NCBI GenBank assembly: GCA_965203455.1
Contig: CBDBCV010000015.1
Span: forward strand, 219,359 to 283,358
DNA length: 64,000 nt
Direction: 5' to 3'
From: Alphaproteobacteria bacterium
GTDB lineage: Bacteria > Pseudomonadota > Alphaproteobacteria > MPNO01
Part shown: piece after piece, positions 8,707 to 19,674 of the stretch
How positions within the stretch are numbered: the stretch's first letter is position 1
Layout: each line of letters opens with the position of its first letter
Program-made: the position numbers and the translations under genes
Notes under the pieces: model-generated
Seen by the model: the letters and a program-made list of their open reading frames with translations, nothing else
Databases searched by the model: none
Told to the model about the DNA's origin: nothing

Positions 8707-11295
8707 CTACGCCACGACATTGAGGATCCGGTTCGGGACGAAGACGATCTTGCGGATGGGGCGCCCGCCGAGCGCCGCCGTCACCGTCGGCAGCGCGAGC
8801 GCGGCGGCCTCGGCCTCCTGCTGGTCGGCGTCGCGTTCGAGCTCGACGGTGCCGCGGGTCTTGCCCATCACCTGCACCGCGACGGTGACGATCTCGTCAC
8901 GGGCGAGCGCGGCGTCGGCCTCCGGCCAGGGCGCGTCGGCGAGCAGCGTCTCGTGGCCGAGGAACCGCCACAGGCTCTCGCCGAGATGGGGCACCATCGG
9001 CCCGGCCAGAAGCGCCATCGTCTCGCAGGCCTCGCGCCGCACCCAGGCGGCTTCCTCGCCGTCCGCGTCGAAATCCGACAGCAGGTTGACCAGGCTGTGG
9101 ACGCGCGCGACCGCGCGGTTGAAGCGGAACCCCTCCAGGTCGCCGGTCACCCCGCCGATCGCCTTGTGCACCTCGCGGCGGATCGCGGTCAGCGCGGCGT
9201 CGCCCGCGACGCCCGCCGGCATCGGCGCCCCCGGCGGCGCGAGCGGGCGGCCCGGGTCGGTCGCCAGCCGCCACATCCGGTTGACGAAGCGCCACGCGCC
9301 GGCGACGCCCGCCTCGGTCCATTCGAGGTCGCGGTCGGGCGGCGAGTCGGACAGCATGAACCAGCGCGCGGTGTCGGCGCCGTAGGTCTCCATGATGTCC
9401 TCGGGGTCTACCACGTTGCGGCGCGACTTGCTCATCTTCTCCGACCGGCCGACGATCAGTTGCTCGCCGGTGGCGGCGCGGACCGGCGCCTTGCCGGGGC
9501 CCTCGGCGACCTCGACCGGCGGCACCCATTCGCCGTCCCCGGTGCGGTAGGTCTCGTGGCACACCATGCCCTGGGTGAACAGCCCGGCGAAGGGCTCGTC
9601 CAGCGCCAGCTCGTTATGGTCGGTCATCGCGCGGGTGAAGAAGCGCGCGTAGAGCAAATGCAGGATCGCGTGCTCCACCCCGCCGATATACTGATCGACC
9701 GGCAGCCAGTACTCGCCCTCCTCCTCGTCCACCGGCGCGTCGGCGCGGGGCGAGCAGAAGCGCGCGAAATACCACGACGAATCGACGAAGGTGTCGAGCG
9801 TCGAGGTCTCGCGCTCCGCCGCGCCGCCGCAGGCGGGGCAGGGCGCGTGCTTCCAGGTCGGGTGGCGGTCGAGCGGGTTGCCCGGCGTCTCGAAGTCGAT
9901 GTCGTCGGGCAGCTCCACCGGCAGTTCCGCGCGCGGCACCGGGACGATGCCGCAATCGGCGCAGTGGACCACCGGGATCGGGCAGCCCCAGTAGCGCTGG
10001 CGCGACACGCCCCAGTCGCGCAGCCGGTAGTTGACCTCGCGCCGGCCGCTGCCGTCGGCCTCGGCGCGGCGCGCGATCGCCTCCTTCGCCTCCGCGACCG
10101 TCATGCCGTCGATGAAGTCCGAGTTGGCGAGCCTGCCGTCGCCGAGATACGCTTCCCCGTCGACCGCGAAGGCGGCGGGATCCACGTCCTCCGGCACCAC
10201 GACGGGGAGCACCGGCAGGCCGTACTTGCGCGCGAAGTCGAGGTCGCGCTGGTCGTGCGCCGGGCAGCCGAAGATGGCGCCTGTGCCGTATTCCATCAGG
10301 ATGAAGTTGGCGACATAGACCGGCAACGTCCATTCCGGGCGGAACGGGTGCCGCACCCGGAGCCCGGTATCGACGCCGCGCTTCTCGGCCTGCTCGATGG
10401 CCGCCTCGCTGGTGCCGGTGCGGCGGCACTCCTCGACGAAGCCGGCGATCTCCGGGTCGTCCCCGGCGATCTCCGCGGCGAGCGGGTGCTCGGGCGAGAC
10501 CGCGCAGAAGCTCGACCCGAAGATCGTGTCGTGCCGCGTGGTGTAGATGTCGAGCCCGCCCTCGCGCCCGACCATCGGGAAGGTCAGGCGGAGGCCTTCC
10601 GAGCGGCCGATCCAGTTCTCCTGCATCGTCCGCACCTTGTCGGGCCAGCGCTCCAGCCCGGCGAGGGCGGCGCGGAGGTCCTCGGCGTAGTCGGTGATCC
10701 GCAGGAACCATTGCGGCATCTCGCGCTTCTCGACCGGGGCGCCGGAGCGCCAGCCGCAGCCGTCGATCACCTGCTCGTTGGCGAGCACCGTGCGGTCGAC
10801 CGGGTCCCAGTTGACCCAGCCGCTGGCGCGGTACAAGAGCCCGCTCTCCAGGAAGTCGAGGAACATCGCCTGCTGGTGGCGGTAATAGCCGGGATGGCAG
10901 GTCGCGAGCTCGCGGCTCCAGTCGATCGAGAGCCCCATCGAGCGCAGCTGACCCCGCATCGCGGCGATGTTCTCGTAGGTCCACGAGCCGGGGTGGACGC
11001 CCTGCTCCATCGCCGCGTTCTCGGCCGGCATGCCGAACGCGTCCCAGCCCATCGGGTGCAGCACGTTGAAGCCGCGCGCCCGCTTGTAGCGCGCGACCAC
11101 ATCGCCCATCGTGTAGTTCCTGACATGCCCCATGTGGATGCGCCCCGACGGGTAGGGGAACATCTCCAGCACGTAGTATTTGGGGCGCGCGGGGTCCGGC
11201 GCGACGACGAAGGTGCCGCGCTCCTCCCAGACCGCCTGCCAGCTTGCCTCGTTCTCCTTGGCGTCGTAACGCCGGGGCGCGGTGCCGTCGGTCAT
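8707..11295 (-). CDS. leuS: Leucyl-tRNA synthetase
   Basis: 862 aa. HMGH (class I HIGH) motif: [20 protein letters not shown] motif: [13 protein letters not shown]. Full-length alignment to LeuS. Confidence 0.95.
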   Translation of the reverse strand: MTDGTAPRRYDAKENEASWQAVWEERGTFVVAPDPARPKYYVLEMFPYPSGRIHMGHVRNYTMGDVVARYKRARGFNVLHPMGWDAFGMPAENAAMEQGVHPGSWTYENIAAMRGQLRSMGLSIDWSRELATCHPGYYRHQQAMFLDFLESGLLYRASGWVNWDPVDRTVLANEQVIDGCGWRSGAPVEKREMPQWFLRITDYAEDLRAALAGLERWPDKVRTMQENWIGRSEGLRLTFPMVGREGGLDIYTTRHDTIFGSSFCAVSPEHPLAAEIAGDDPEIAGFVEECRRTGTSEAAIEQAEKRGVDTGLRVRHPFRPEWTLPVYVANFILMEYGTGAIFGCPAHDQRDLDFARKYGLPVLPVVVPEDVDPAAFAVDGEAYLGDGRLANSDFIDGMTVAEAKEAIARRAEADGSGRREVNYRLRDWGVSRQRYWGCPIPVVHCADCGIVPVPRAELPVELPDDIDFETPGNPLDRHPTWKHAPCPACGGAAERETSTLDTFVDSSWYFARFCSPRADAPVDEEEGEYWLPVDQYIGGVEHAILHLLYARFFTRAMTDHNELALDEPFAGLFTQGMVCHETYRTGDGEWVPPVEVAEGPGKAPVRAATGEQLIVGRSEKMSKSRRNVVDPEDIMETYGADTARWFMLSDSPPDRDLEWTEAGVAGAWRFVNRMWRLATDPGRPLAPPGAPMPAGVAGDAALTAIRREVHKAIGGVTGDLEGFRFNRAVARVHSLVNLLSDFDADGEEAAWVRREACETMALLAGPMVPHLGESLWRFLGHETLLADAPWPEADAALARDEIVTVAVQVMGKTRGTVELERDADQQEAEAAALALPTVTAALGGRPIRKIVFVPNRILNVVA

Positions 11296-11319
11296 GTCGT
11301 GGCGGGCGGCGCGGATCCG

Positions 11320-11877
11320 TCAGCCGGACGATGCCCGCGCGACGCGGAGTTGCCGGGCGCGGGCGAGGATCTGGTTCTCCAGGTCGGTCGCGGTCTTGGG
11401 CTGCACCGCCGAATCGACCCACTTGCCGTCCGCGTCCCGGGTCTGGCGGAACACCGAGACCCGCAGCCCGTCGGCCCGGAGCTGACGGCCGAGGATGTAG
11501 ACGTTCATCTTGAACCGGTCGCCCGGCGTCTCGGGCGGGGAGTACCAGTCGGTGATGATCACCCCGCCGAACGGGTCGGCGGAACTCAGCGGCATGAAGG
11601 AGACGGTATCGAGCGTCGCGCGCCACAGGAACGCGTTGACGCCGATCCCCGGCCCGCCGCCGCTCTCGCCCCGCGTGGGGCCGAACAGGTTGAACCCGCC
11701 CTCGCCGAACACGGTCGACTCCGGGGGATCGCTCTTGTAGCGGTGCGGCGCGTTGGACTCGATCGGCGGCTCGGGATAGTCCTGCTCCACATCGAGGCCG
11801 CTGCAGGCGCCGAGCGCCAGAAGCATCGCGCCGCCGGTGAGCGCCGCGACGGAACGGCTCGAACGAAACGCCATCAT
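11320..11877 (-). CDS. DUF3576-type lipoprotein conserved upstream of leuS
   Basis: Lipobox LALGACSG. Conserved synteny with leuS in alphaproteobacteria. Confidence 0.65.
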   Translation of the reverse strand: MMAFRSSRSVAALTGGAMLLALGACSGLDVEQDYPEPPIESNAPHRYKSDPPESTVFGEGGFNLFGPTRGESGGGPGIGVNAFLWRATLDTVSFMPLSSADPFGGVIITDWYSPPETPGDRFKMNVYILGRQLRADGLRVSVFRQTRDADGKWVDSAVQPKTATDLENQILARARQLRVARASSG

Positions 11878-12232
11878 GACCTGCTCCCGAGGCGCCCTTC
11901 CACCGCCTCCGATATGGCGGCCCGGGCATCGTCCTGCAAGCGGCGCACTATAGATAAGCCGCCGTTCCGGGGCAACTTCGGATGGGGGCGGGGGCGGGTT
12001 TCAATTGGAGCTTATATCGATTACTTGACAGGAGCGGGGCTGACAGGGGTCGTGCCCCCAGGCGTGGTGTGGTGTAGGAGCAGGAGCCAGCATCGGTAGC
12101 TGTGGGTAAGTGGCCCGCCGCCGCGACCGTGTGGCGTCTGGCGGCGGCGGGCCACTTATCCATAGCGGATGGCCATCGCGGTGCCGGTTAGGGTTGGGCT
12201 TCTACAGTCCATCCGACCGGAGGAGTACCACG

Positions 12233-13435
12233 ATGACCACCAAGGACATGATGACCCTGCAGGCGCTTTTGGAGAAGAGTTCGGACGCCGATCTGCTTCG
12301 CGAGATGATCGGGTTCACGGCCGAGCGTTTGATGGCGCTTGAGGTGGAGGGCCTTGCGGGAGCCGCACACGGCGAGCGTTCGCCGGACCGGCTCACCCAT
12401 CGCAACGGCTACCGGGACCGGGTCTGGGAGACGCGCGCGGGCACGGTGGAGCTGAAGATCCCGAAGCTGCGCAAGGGGAGCTACTTCCCGGGCTTCCTGG
12501 AGCCGCGTCGCATGGCGGAGAAGGCGCTGACGGCGGTGATCCAGGAGGCCTACATCAAGGGCGTGTCGACCCGCTCGGTGGACGACCTGGTGCAGGCCAT
12601 GGGCATGTCGGGCATCTCGAAGAGCCAGGTGTCGCGGCTGTGCGGTGAGATCGACGGCAAGATCCGCGACTTCCTCGACCGCCCGCTGGAGGGCGACTGG
12701 CCGTATCTGTGGCTGGACGCGACCTATGTGAAGATGCGCGAGGCCGGGCGCGTCGTCTCGGTCGCGGTCACGATCGCGGTGGCGGTCAACGACCAGGGCC
12801 GCCGCGAGGTGCTCGGCATGGCGATCGGCGCGTCCGAGGCCGAGACCTTCTGGACCTCCTTCCTGCGCTCCCTGGCCCGCCGCGGCCTGCGCGGCGTCAA
12901 GCTGGTCGTCTCCGATGACCACAAGGGCCTGAAGGCGGCTGCAACGCGCGTCCTCGGCGCCACATGGCAGCGCTGCCGCGTCCACTTCATGCGCACCCTG
13001 CTCGCCCATGCCGGCAAGCAGGGCCGGCGCGTCGTGTCCGCCTTCGTCACCACCGCCTTCGCCCAGGAGGATGCAGACAGCGCCTCCGCCCAGTGGCGCC
13101 AGGTCGCCGACCAGCTCAGGGCCAAGGCGCCGAAGCTCGCCGCTCTCATGGACGAGGCCGAGCACGACGTTCTCGCCTACATGACCTTCCCGGCCGCGCA
13201 TCGCCCCAAGCTGCACTCGACAAACCCGCTCGAACGACTCCATGGCGAGATCAAGCGGCGTACCAACACCGTCGGCATCTTCCCCAACGAGGACGCCATA
13301 ACACGGCTGATCGGCGCCATCCTGCTCGAGCAGAACGACGAATGGGCCGTCCAGAGGGCCAGATACATGACGCTGGAATCAATCGCTCCCGTGAGCGACA
13401 ATGCAACCGTCAAGCTGCCCGCCGTGGCAGCCTGA
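12233..13435 (+). CDS. IS256-family (mutator-type) transposase
   Basis: 400 aa from [16 protein letters not shown]...; conserved DDE and mutator signature ([11 protein letters not shown]...[11 protein letters not shown]...[13 protein letters not shown]...[41 protein letters not shown]). Confidence 0.9.
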   Translation: MTTKDMMTLQALLEKSSDADLLREMIGFTAERLMALEVEGLAGAAHGERSPDRLTHRNGYRDRVWETRAGTVELKIPKLRKGSYFPGFLEPRRMAEKALTAVIQEAYIKGVSTRSVDDLVQAMGMSGISKSQVSRLCGEIDGKIRDFLDRPLEGDWPYLWLDATYVKMREAGRVVSVAVTIAVAVNDQGRREVLGMAIGASEAETFWTSFLRSLARRGLRGVKLVVSDDHKGLKAAATRVLGATWQRCRVHFMRTLLAHAGKQGRRVVSAFVTTAFAQEDADSASAQWRQVADQLRAKAPKLAALMDEAEHDVLAYMTFPAAHRPKLHSTNPLERLHGEIKRRTNTVGIFPNEDAITRLIGAILLEQNDEWAVQRARYMTLESIAPVSDNATVKLPAVAA

Positions 13436-13562
13436 GCCTACCGGCCCTACCCGCCGGATACCGCGACGGCCGCCAGGCTCTTACACCACGGCTCGGGACA
13501 CGATCCTGACAGGCGTTCCGGGCAGCGCCGGGGCGCATTCGGGTCCCGGCGGGCCGTTCCTC

Positions 13563-13661
13563 CCCGTCATGGTCGGCGAAGGCCGACCATCCACGAGTTT
13601 TTGCGGCGCCGGAAACGAAAAACAAATCGTGGATGGTCGGCCTTCGCCGACCATGACGGGG
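13563..13661. repeat. 99-bp palindromic element, a variant of the REP family (CCCCGTCATGGTCGGCGAAGGCCGACCATCCACGA ... TCGTGGATGGTCGGCCTTCGCCGACCATGACGGGG)
   Basis: Perfect 35-bp inverted arms built on the same CGTCATG-[hairpin]-CATCCACG frame as family A. Confidence 0.8.
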
Positions 13662-13825
13662 GGGAGTCTGGGCGGTTTCCATGCCCGCCGCGACGCGACG
13701 GCGTCCCCGGCCCCGATCCGCGCCCGACAGTCGGCCGTCAAGTAATCGATATAAGCCCCTTTCAATTCCCCGGAGGCGCCCTATCTTCCGTACCGGCCCG
13801 CACCGGCCGCGAGGGAGGGCGAACC

Positions 13826-14089
13826 ATGGCGCGCGAACCGGTCCACCCCGGCGAAACCCTGCGCGAGGACCTCGACGCGCTCGGGATGAGCGCCGCCGGG
13901 CTGGCGCGGCGGATCGGCGTCCCTGCCGACCGCATCGCCCGGATCCTCGACTGCCGGCACGCAATCACGGACGACACCGCGCAGCGGCTCGGACGCCATT
14001 TCGGGACCTCGGGCGCCTTCTGGCTCAACCTTCAGGGGCTCTACGAGGTGCGGATGGCGGAGCGGGAGAAGGGGAGCTTACGTAGATAA
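13826..14089 (+). CDS. higA: HigA-family antitoxin (XRE HTH), orphan; no toxin gene adjacent
   Basis: MAREPVHPGETLREDLDALGMSAAGLARRIGVPADRIARILDCRHAITDDTAQRLGRHFGTSGAFWLNLQGLYEV. The upstream partner position is occupied by the IS256 right end. Confidence 0.7.
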   Translation: MAREPVHPGETLREDLDALGMSAAGLARRIGVPADRIARILDCRHAITDDTAQRLGRHFGTSGAFWLNLQGLYEVRMAEREKGSLRR

Positions 14090-14150
14090 CGCGACGGCCG
14101 GTCGGCTGGCGCGAACCGGCGACTGCCCTGCCGCCTCGCTTACCCCCCAC

Positions 14151-14263
14151 CGTCATGCCCGGACTTGTTCCGGGCATCCATGTCTTGCGGCATCGCGGTG
14201 CGAGCCGGGCGCGGGCGAGGCGGCGGAGGGACGTGGATGCCCGGAACAAGTCCGGGCATGACG
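14151..14263. repeat. 113-bp REP family A composite palindrome
   Basis: Same terminal arms as 8546..8658. Confidence 0.85.
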
Positions 14264-14336
14264 ACAAAAAGGGGCGGTGGGGGGAGGACGCCCGCACCGT
14301 CCGGCCCTTGTCTCCGATCGCGCCGGTTTCCCCGAG

Positions 14337-14422
14337 CGTCACCCCGGACTTGATCCGGGGTCCAGAGATATTGGCGACGCCCTTGCGGGGCTGCCCTGGA
14401 CCCCGGATCAAGTCCGGGGTGA
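14337..14422. repeat. 86-bp REP-like palindrome variant (GTCACCCCGGACTTGATCCGGGGTCCA ... TGGACCCCGGATCAAGTCCGGGGTGAC)
   Basis: Perfect inverted arms, each itself a hairpin. Confidence 0.75.
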
Positions 14423-14458
14423 CACTTTACGCCAGCTTCGAGAGCGTCCTTGCCCCCC

Positions 14459-15457
14459 TCAAACGTTCGCCTCCGGCGCGGTCTTGCTGAGCTTGGCGTG
14501 GCGGTGCTGCCAGGCGGTGACGGGGGCGTGGCGCGGGGTCTCGCCGGGGGCGAGGCAGGTCGGGATGCACTCGATCCTTGCGTCGTAGTCGGGCTGGACG
14601 AAGAAGGCGATCGACTGGCGCCTGGTGCCGCCCGCCGCGTCCGCCGGCGGGTTGACCACCCGGTGCAGGTTGGACAGCCAGCGGTCGTTGGTCCAGACCA
14701 TCATCAAATCGCCGATATTGACCGTGAAGCTGCCCGGCGGCGGGCTCACGTCGATCCAGCCGCCGCCGCGGGCGCGCGCCTGCAGCCCGCCCGGCGCGTC
14801 GTCGATCTGCAGGAGCGTGTGGGTGCCGAAATCGGAATGCGCGCCGCAGCGCAGCTGGCCCGGCGCCGGCGGCGGGTCCTGCTCGGGATAGTTGATCGCC
14901 CGGAGCACGCTCGCATGGCGGGCGAAGCGCCCGAGCAGGTAATCCGCGTCCACGCCGAGCGCCGCGGCGAAGATGCGGAGCAGGCGCCGGTTCAGCCCCT
15001 CCAGCGCGGCGTAGTACGCCCGCACCGTTTCGCCCAGCCCGTCCACCCCCTCGGGCCAGATATTGGGCTCGTAGGCGTAGGCCGCCTCGGGCCGGCGGTA
15101 ATAGGGGTCGTCCGGCAGGTCGAAGCGCCCGAAGGCAAGCGCCTCGCGGTAGTCGGGCGGCGCGTCGTCGTCGTGCGAGGACGCGACGAACTCGTCGCCG
15201 AGCGGCACGTAGCCCCGGTTGATGTTGCGCGCCGGGTTGGCGAAGCGCCGCTTCTCCGCCTCCGGCAGGTCGAAGAAGGCGGCGAACCGGTCGGCGACCC
15301 GCGCCATCAGCGAAGCGTCCACCCCGTGGCCGGTCACCGAGAGGAAGCCGATGCCCTCGACCGCCCGGGCGACCTCGCCGGCGATCCGCCGCCGCGCGGC
15401 CGCGCCGCCCGTCTCGAAGCCGGAAATGTCGATCAGCGGAACTTCGGAGACCGCCAC
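14459..15457 (-). CDS. 2-oxoglutarate/Fe(II)-dependent oxygenase (isopenicillin-N-synthase-like)
   Basis: HxD...H iron triad context (GAHSDFGTHTLL...HRVV) and a DIOX_N-type N-terminus (VPLIDISGF...). Confidence 0.8.
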   Translation of the reverse strand: MAVSEVPLIDISGFETGGAAARRRIAGEVARAVEGIGFLSVTGHGVDASLMARVADRFAAFFDLPEAEKRRFANPARNINRGYVPLGDEFVASSHDDDAPPDYREALAFGRFDLPDDPYYRRPEAAYAYEPNIWPEGVDGLGETVRAYYAALEGLNRRLLRIFAAALGVDADYLLGRFARHASVLRAINYPEQDPPPAPGQLRCGAHSDFGTHTLLQIDDAPGGLQARARGGGWIDVSPPPGSFTVNIGDLMMVWTNDRWLSNLHRVVNPPADAAGGTRRQSIAFFVQPDYDARIECIPTCLAPGETPRHAPVTAWQHRHAKLSKTAPEANV

Positions 15458-15507
15458 CGCGCCGTCCTTTCGCGCGGAAGACTATCTCGTATCCCGTTCG
15501 GGTGGAA

Positions 15508-15610
15508 CCGCGGCTGCCCGTCCCTCGATACGGCGCTGGCGCGCCTACTCGGGATGAGGGAGAAAGGCAGACCTCATCCTGAGTAGCGGCGAAGCTGCGT
15601 ATCGAGGGAC
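15508..15610. repeat. About 100-bp palindromic repeat family B (CCCTCGATACG...CTACTCGGGATGAGG / CCTCATCCTGAGTAG...CGTATCGAGGG)
   Basis: Inverted arms visible directly; partial copy at 3577..3640. Confidence 0.7.
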
Positions 15611-15674
15611 CTGCCTCGGCGCTTCCAACCGACACGAACACGGTCTAGCCTGCGGCGGTCGCGGAGGGAGGCCG

Positions 15675-16796
15675 ATGGAGAGCGCGGATTTCGAGGCGGT
15701 GCGCCGGCCGCTCGCCGAGGCCGAAACCCTGCCGCCCGGGTGCTACACCTCCGACGCGTTCTACCGCCGCGAGATCGAGCGCATCTTCCGCCGCAAGTGG
15801 AACCTCGTCGGCCGCGAGGATTACTGGCCCCAACCCGGCGACTACGCCGCGATGAGCCTCGCCGGGGCGGAGTACGTCGTGCTGCGCGACGGCGAAGGGC
15901 GGCTCCGCGCCTTCGCCAACTCCTGCCGGCACCGGGGCGCCAAGCTGCTCGACGGCGAGGGCCGATGCGAGCGCATCGTCTGCCCCTATCACGGCTGGAC
16001 CTACGCGCTCGACGGCGCGCTCTCCTTCGCCAACGGGATGGAGCGCGCGCGCGGCTTCGACCCGGCGGATTACGGGCTGGCGGAGATCCGGCTGGAGCGC
16101 TGGCAGGGCTTCGTGTTCGTCAATTTCGATCCGGGCTGCGGCCCGCTCGCGGACCATGTCGGCGACCTTGGCGACCACCTGGGCTCGTACGGGCTCGACG
16201 ACATGGTGACCGTCCGGCGCGAGGACTACATCGTCCGCACCAACTGGAAGAGCTATGTCGAGAACTCGATGGAGTCCTTCCACCACGCGACGGTGCACCG
16301 GAACTCCGTAAACGACCCGTCGATCAGGAAGAAGGTCGTGCGCGGCGCGCCGGGGGAATACGTCCTCGTCCAGTCCGATTCCGGCGGGCGGACGCGGGCG
16401 CTGCTCAAGGGCGCGGAGGGATTCCCGCCGATCCCGACGCTGACCGGCGCGGCGGCACGGGGCTCGCAGTATTTGCTGGTCTACCCGGCGACGATGATCG
16501 GCTGCGACGTCGATTCGATGTGGTTCAAGCAGATGCTGCCCGAAGCGCCCGACCGGGTGCGCAACGTCGTCGCGATCTGCTTCCCGCGCGAGACCGCGTC
16601 CCGGCCCGATTTCGAGACCGTGGCCGCGCATTACTACCGGCGCTTCGAGACCGCGATCGCCGAGGACAACGAGATCGCCGAGCGCCAGTTCGCGGGGCTG
16701 TCCTCCGCGCTCGCCCGGCCCGGCCGGTTCTCGCACCGCGAGCCGCTGGTGCACGCGATCGACAACTGGATCCTCGACCAGGTGCTCGACGGCTGA
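15675..16796 (+). CDS. Rieske [2Fe-2S] aromatic-ring-hydroxylating oxygenase, alpha subunit
   Basis: Rieske motif CRHRGAKL...CPYHGW and a catalytic domain with conserved His residues. Confidence 0.85.
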   Translation: MESADFEAVRRPLAEAETLPPGCYTSDAFYRREIERIFRRKWNLVGREDYWPQPGDYAAMSLAGAEYVVLRDGEGRLRAFANSCRHRGAKLLDGEGRCERIVCPYHGWTYALDGALSFANGMERARGFDPADYGLAEIRLERWQGFVFVNFDPGCGPLADHVGDLGDHLGSYGLDDMVTVRREDYIVRTNWKSYVENSMESFHHATVHRNSVNDPSIRKKVVRGAPGEYVLVQSDSGGRTRALLKGAEGFPPIPTLTGAAARGSQYLLVYPATMIGCDVDSMWFKQMLPEAPDRVRNVVAICFPRETASRPDFETVAAHYYRRFETAIAEDNEIAERQFAGLSSALARPGRFSHREPLVHAIDNWILDQVLDG

Positions 16797-16822
16797 GCGC
16801 GCGGACGGAGGGGGAGAGAGCG

Positions 16823-17218
16823 ATGGCCGGACCGGTTTTCCACATGGCGGCGGGCGCGCCCCGCCCGGTGGCGCCCTTCAGCCACGCCGTCGAGGTCGAC
16901 GGCTGGGTGCTGGTCACCGGCCAGATGCCGAACGAGCCCGGAAACGAGGACGCGCCGCTGCCGCCCGACATCGAGGGCCAGACCCGCGCGGTGATGGCGA
17001 ACCTCGAGATCGTCCTCGCCTCGCTCGGCCTCGGGCTCGGGCACGTCGTGATGGCGCGGGTCTACCTGACGCATTTCAGGGACGACTACGCCCGGATGAA
17101 CGCGGTCTACGCCACCTACTGGGACAAGGACAAGCGCCCCGCCCGCACCTGCATCGGCGTCACCGCGCTGGCGCTCGACGCGAGGATCGAGATCGACCTG
17201 GTGGCGAAGCGGGCGTAG
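16823..17218 (+). CDS. ridA: RidA/YjgF family reactive-intermediate deaminase
   Basis: 131-aa protein with the characteristic PFSHAV...GQ...ARVYLTHFRDDYARMNAVY...PARTCIGV pattern. RBS GGAGGG upstream. Confidence 0.85.
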   Translation: MAGPVFHMAAGAPRPVAPFSHAVEVDGWVLVTGQMPNEPGNEDAPLPPDIEGQTRAVMANLEIVLASLGLGLGHVVMARVYLTHFRDDYARMNAVYATYWDKDKRPARTCIGVTALALDARIEIDLVAKRA

Positions 17219-17335
17219 GGGCGGGGGGCGCCGCCCCGCCCCCATCGCGTCATGCCCGGACTCGTTCCGGGCCAACGCTCCCGGCGGACGAGGTAGGAAG
17301 GGTCAGCTGGGCGGGATTCGGACCGATTCCCGCGA

Positions 17336-17608
17336 TCACTCCTTGAACAGTTCCGAGTGAGACCCTGTACGCACTAACCGCAATTCATCGCCTTCGACGC
17401 GGTAGATCAGAAGCCAATCGGGTTCGATGTGAATTTCGCGATGGCCCCGTCAATTTCCCCGCAGCGGGTGATCGCGATAGCGGGTGGGCAGCGCAGCTTG
17501 TCGGATCAATGCGGTTAGCGTCGAGCCGAGCTTGGCCAGATCCTTGCCCCGCCGTTGCGCTCTTCTCACATCCCTCTTGAACTGCGCCGACCGGATCGGG
17601 GTCAGCAC
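17336..17608 (-). pseudogene. yafQ: YafQ-like (RelE superfamily) toxin gene with a premature in-frame TGA at the conserved Trp codon (17450..17452)
   Basis: Minus-strand translation VLTPIRSAQFKRDVRRAQRRGKDLAKLGSTLTALIRQAALPTRYRDHPLRGN*RGHREIHIEPDWLLIYRVEGDELRLVRTGSHSELFKE aligns along its whole length with YafQ (...YKDHPLQGSWKGYRDAHVEPDWILIYK...RTGTHAALFG). TGG is replaced by TGA. Starts 2 nt after the dinJ stop codon. Confidence 0.65.
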
Positions 17609-17609
17609 G

Positions 17610-17867
17610 TCAGATGCCGAGGTCTTCGAACAGCTCCTCGGCGGTGGCGAAGCGCTTGCCCTTGCCCTCGTCGAGCTCCTTCATCGCTTTGAGGGTAATG
17701 GCGTTCGGTACCTGCACGGCAAACGGCAGGCGCTTTTCGTCTGCCACCCGCAGCAACATCAGCCTGATCGCGTCGGAAACCGTCAGACCCATGTCGTGAA
17801 GTGCTTCGGTGGCGCGCGCCTTAGTATCGCTGTCGATCCGTGCGCGTACGACCGTATCGGCGTTCAT
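17610..17867 (-). CDS. dinJ: DinJ/RelB-family antitoxin
   Basis: MNADTVVRARIDSDTKARATEALHDMGLTVSDAIRLMLLRVADEKRLPFAV is the typical DinJ N-terminal RHH domain. Confidence 0.75.
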   Translation of the reverse strand: MNADTVVRARIDSDTKARATEALHDMGLTVSDAIRLMLLRVADEKRLPFAVQVPNAITLKAMKELDEGKGKRFATAEELFEDLGI

Positions 17868-17950
17868 TCGCGTCGCTCCCTGAATGTAGCTTCGATGTAG
17901 CTACGATCATCGTCTAATGCAAGAGCCGCCGGACTGAACTCCGGTAATCC

Positions 17951-19561
<1,611 letters not shown>

Positions 19562-19674
19562 TCTCGTCCTCCCGGGGTTGGGGGATGCGCATGGGCCCGA
19601 CGGCGCCGGCGGGGCGGATGGCGGGGGCCCGTATCACGCGGCAAACTAGTGTGTGCGTTGCGCCGGTTCAACCG

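Larger units (their letters stand above)
11997..13772 (+). mobile_element. IS256-family insertion sequence (about 1.78 kb) with imperfect about 30-bp terminal inverted repeats; carries an internal REP-like palindrome
   Basis: Left end TTTCAATTGGAGCTTATATCGATTACTTGAC (12001..12031) and right end GTCAAGTAATCGATATAAGCCCCTTTCAATTCC (13737..13769) share a 20/20 inverted core, GCTTATATCGATTACTTGAC. The IS256/mutator-type transposase lies between them. Larger than typical IS256 because of the 99-bp palindrome at 13563..13661. Confidence 0.5.

Noticed and set aside
8551-12099. 1182-aa ORF on the plus strand overlapping leuS
   Set aside because: Arg/Ala/Gly-rich and antisense to a well-supported leuS; typical GC-frame artefact in 68% GC DNA. 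The same applies to 56839..60303(-), 49546..51690(+), 27553..29487(+), 14427..15641(-), 6270..7136(+) and most other long ORFs lacking homology.
12110-12232. N-terminal extension of the IS256 transposase ORF ([14 protein letters not shown]...)
   Set aside because: The extension covers the leader hairpin and has no homology. The conserved transposase begins at MTTKDMM (12233).
14025-14411. Recurring small ORFs containing MPGTSPGMT / SCPDLFRASTS (also at 8510, 14155, 25355, 25675, 26133)
   Set aside because: They are translations of the palindromic REP family A arms in different frames, not genes.
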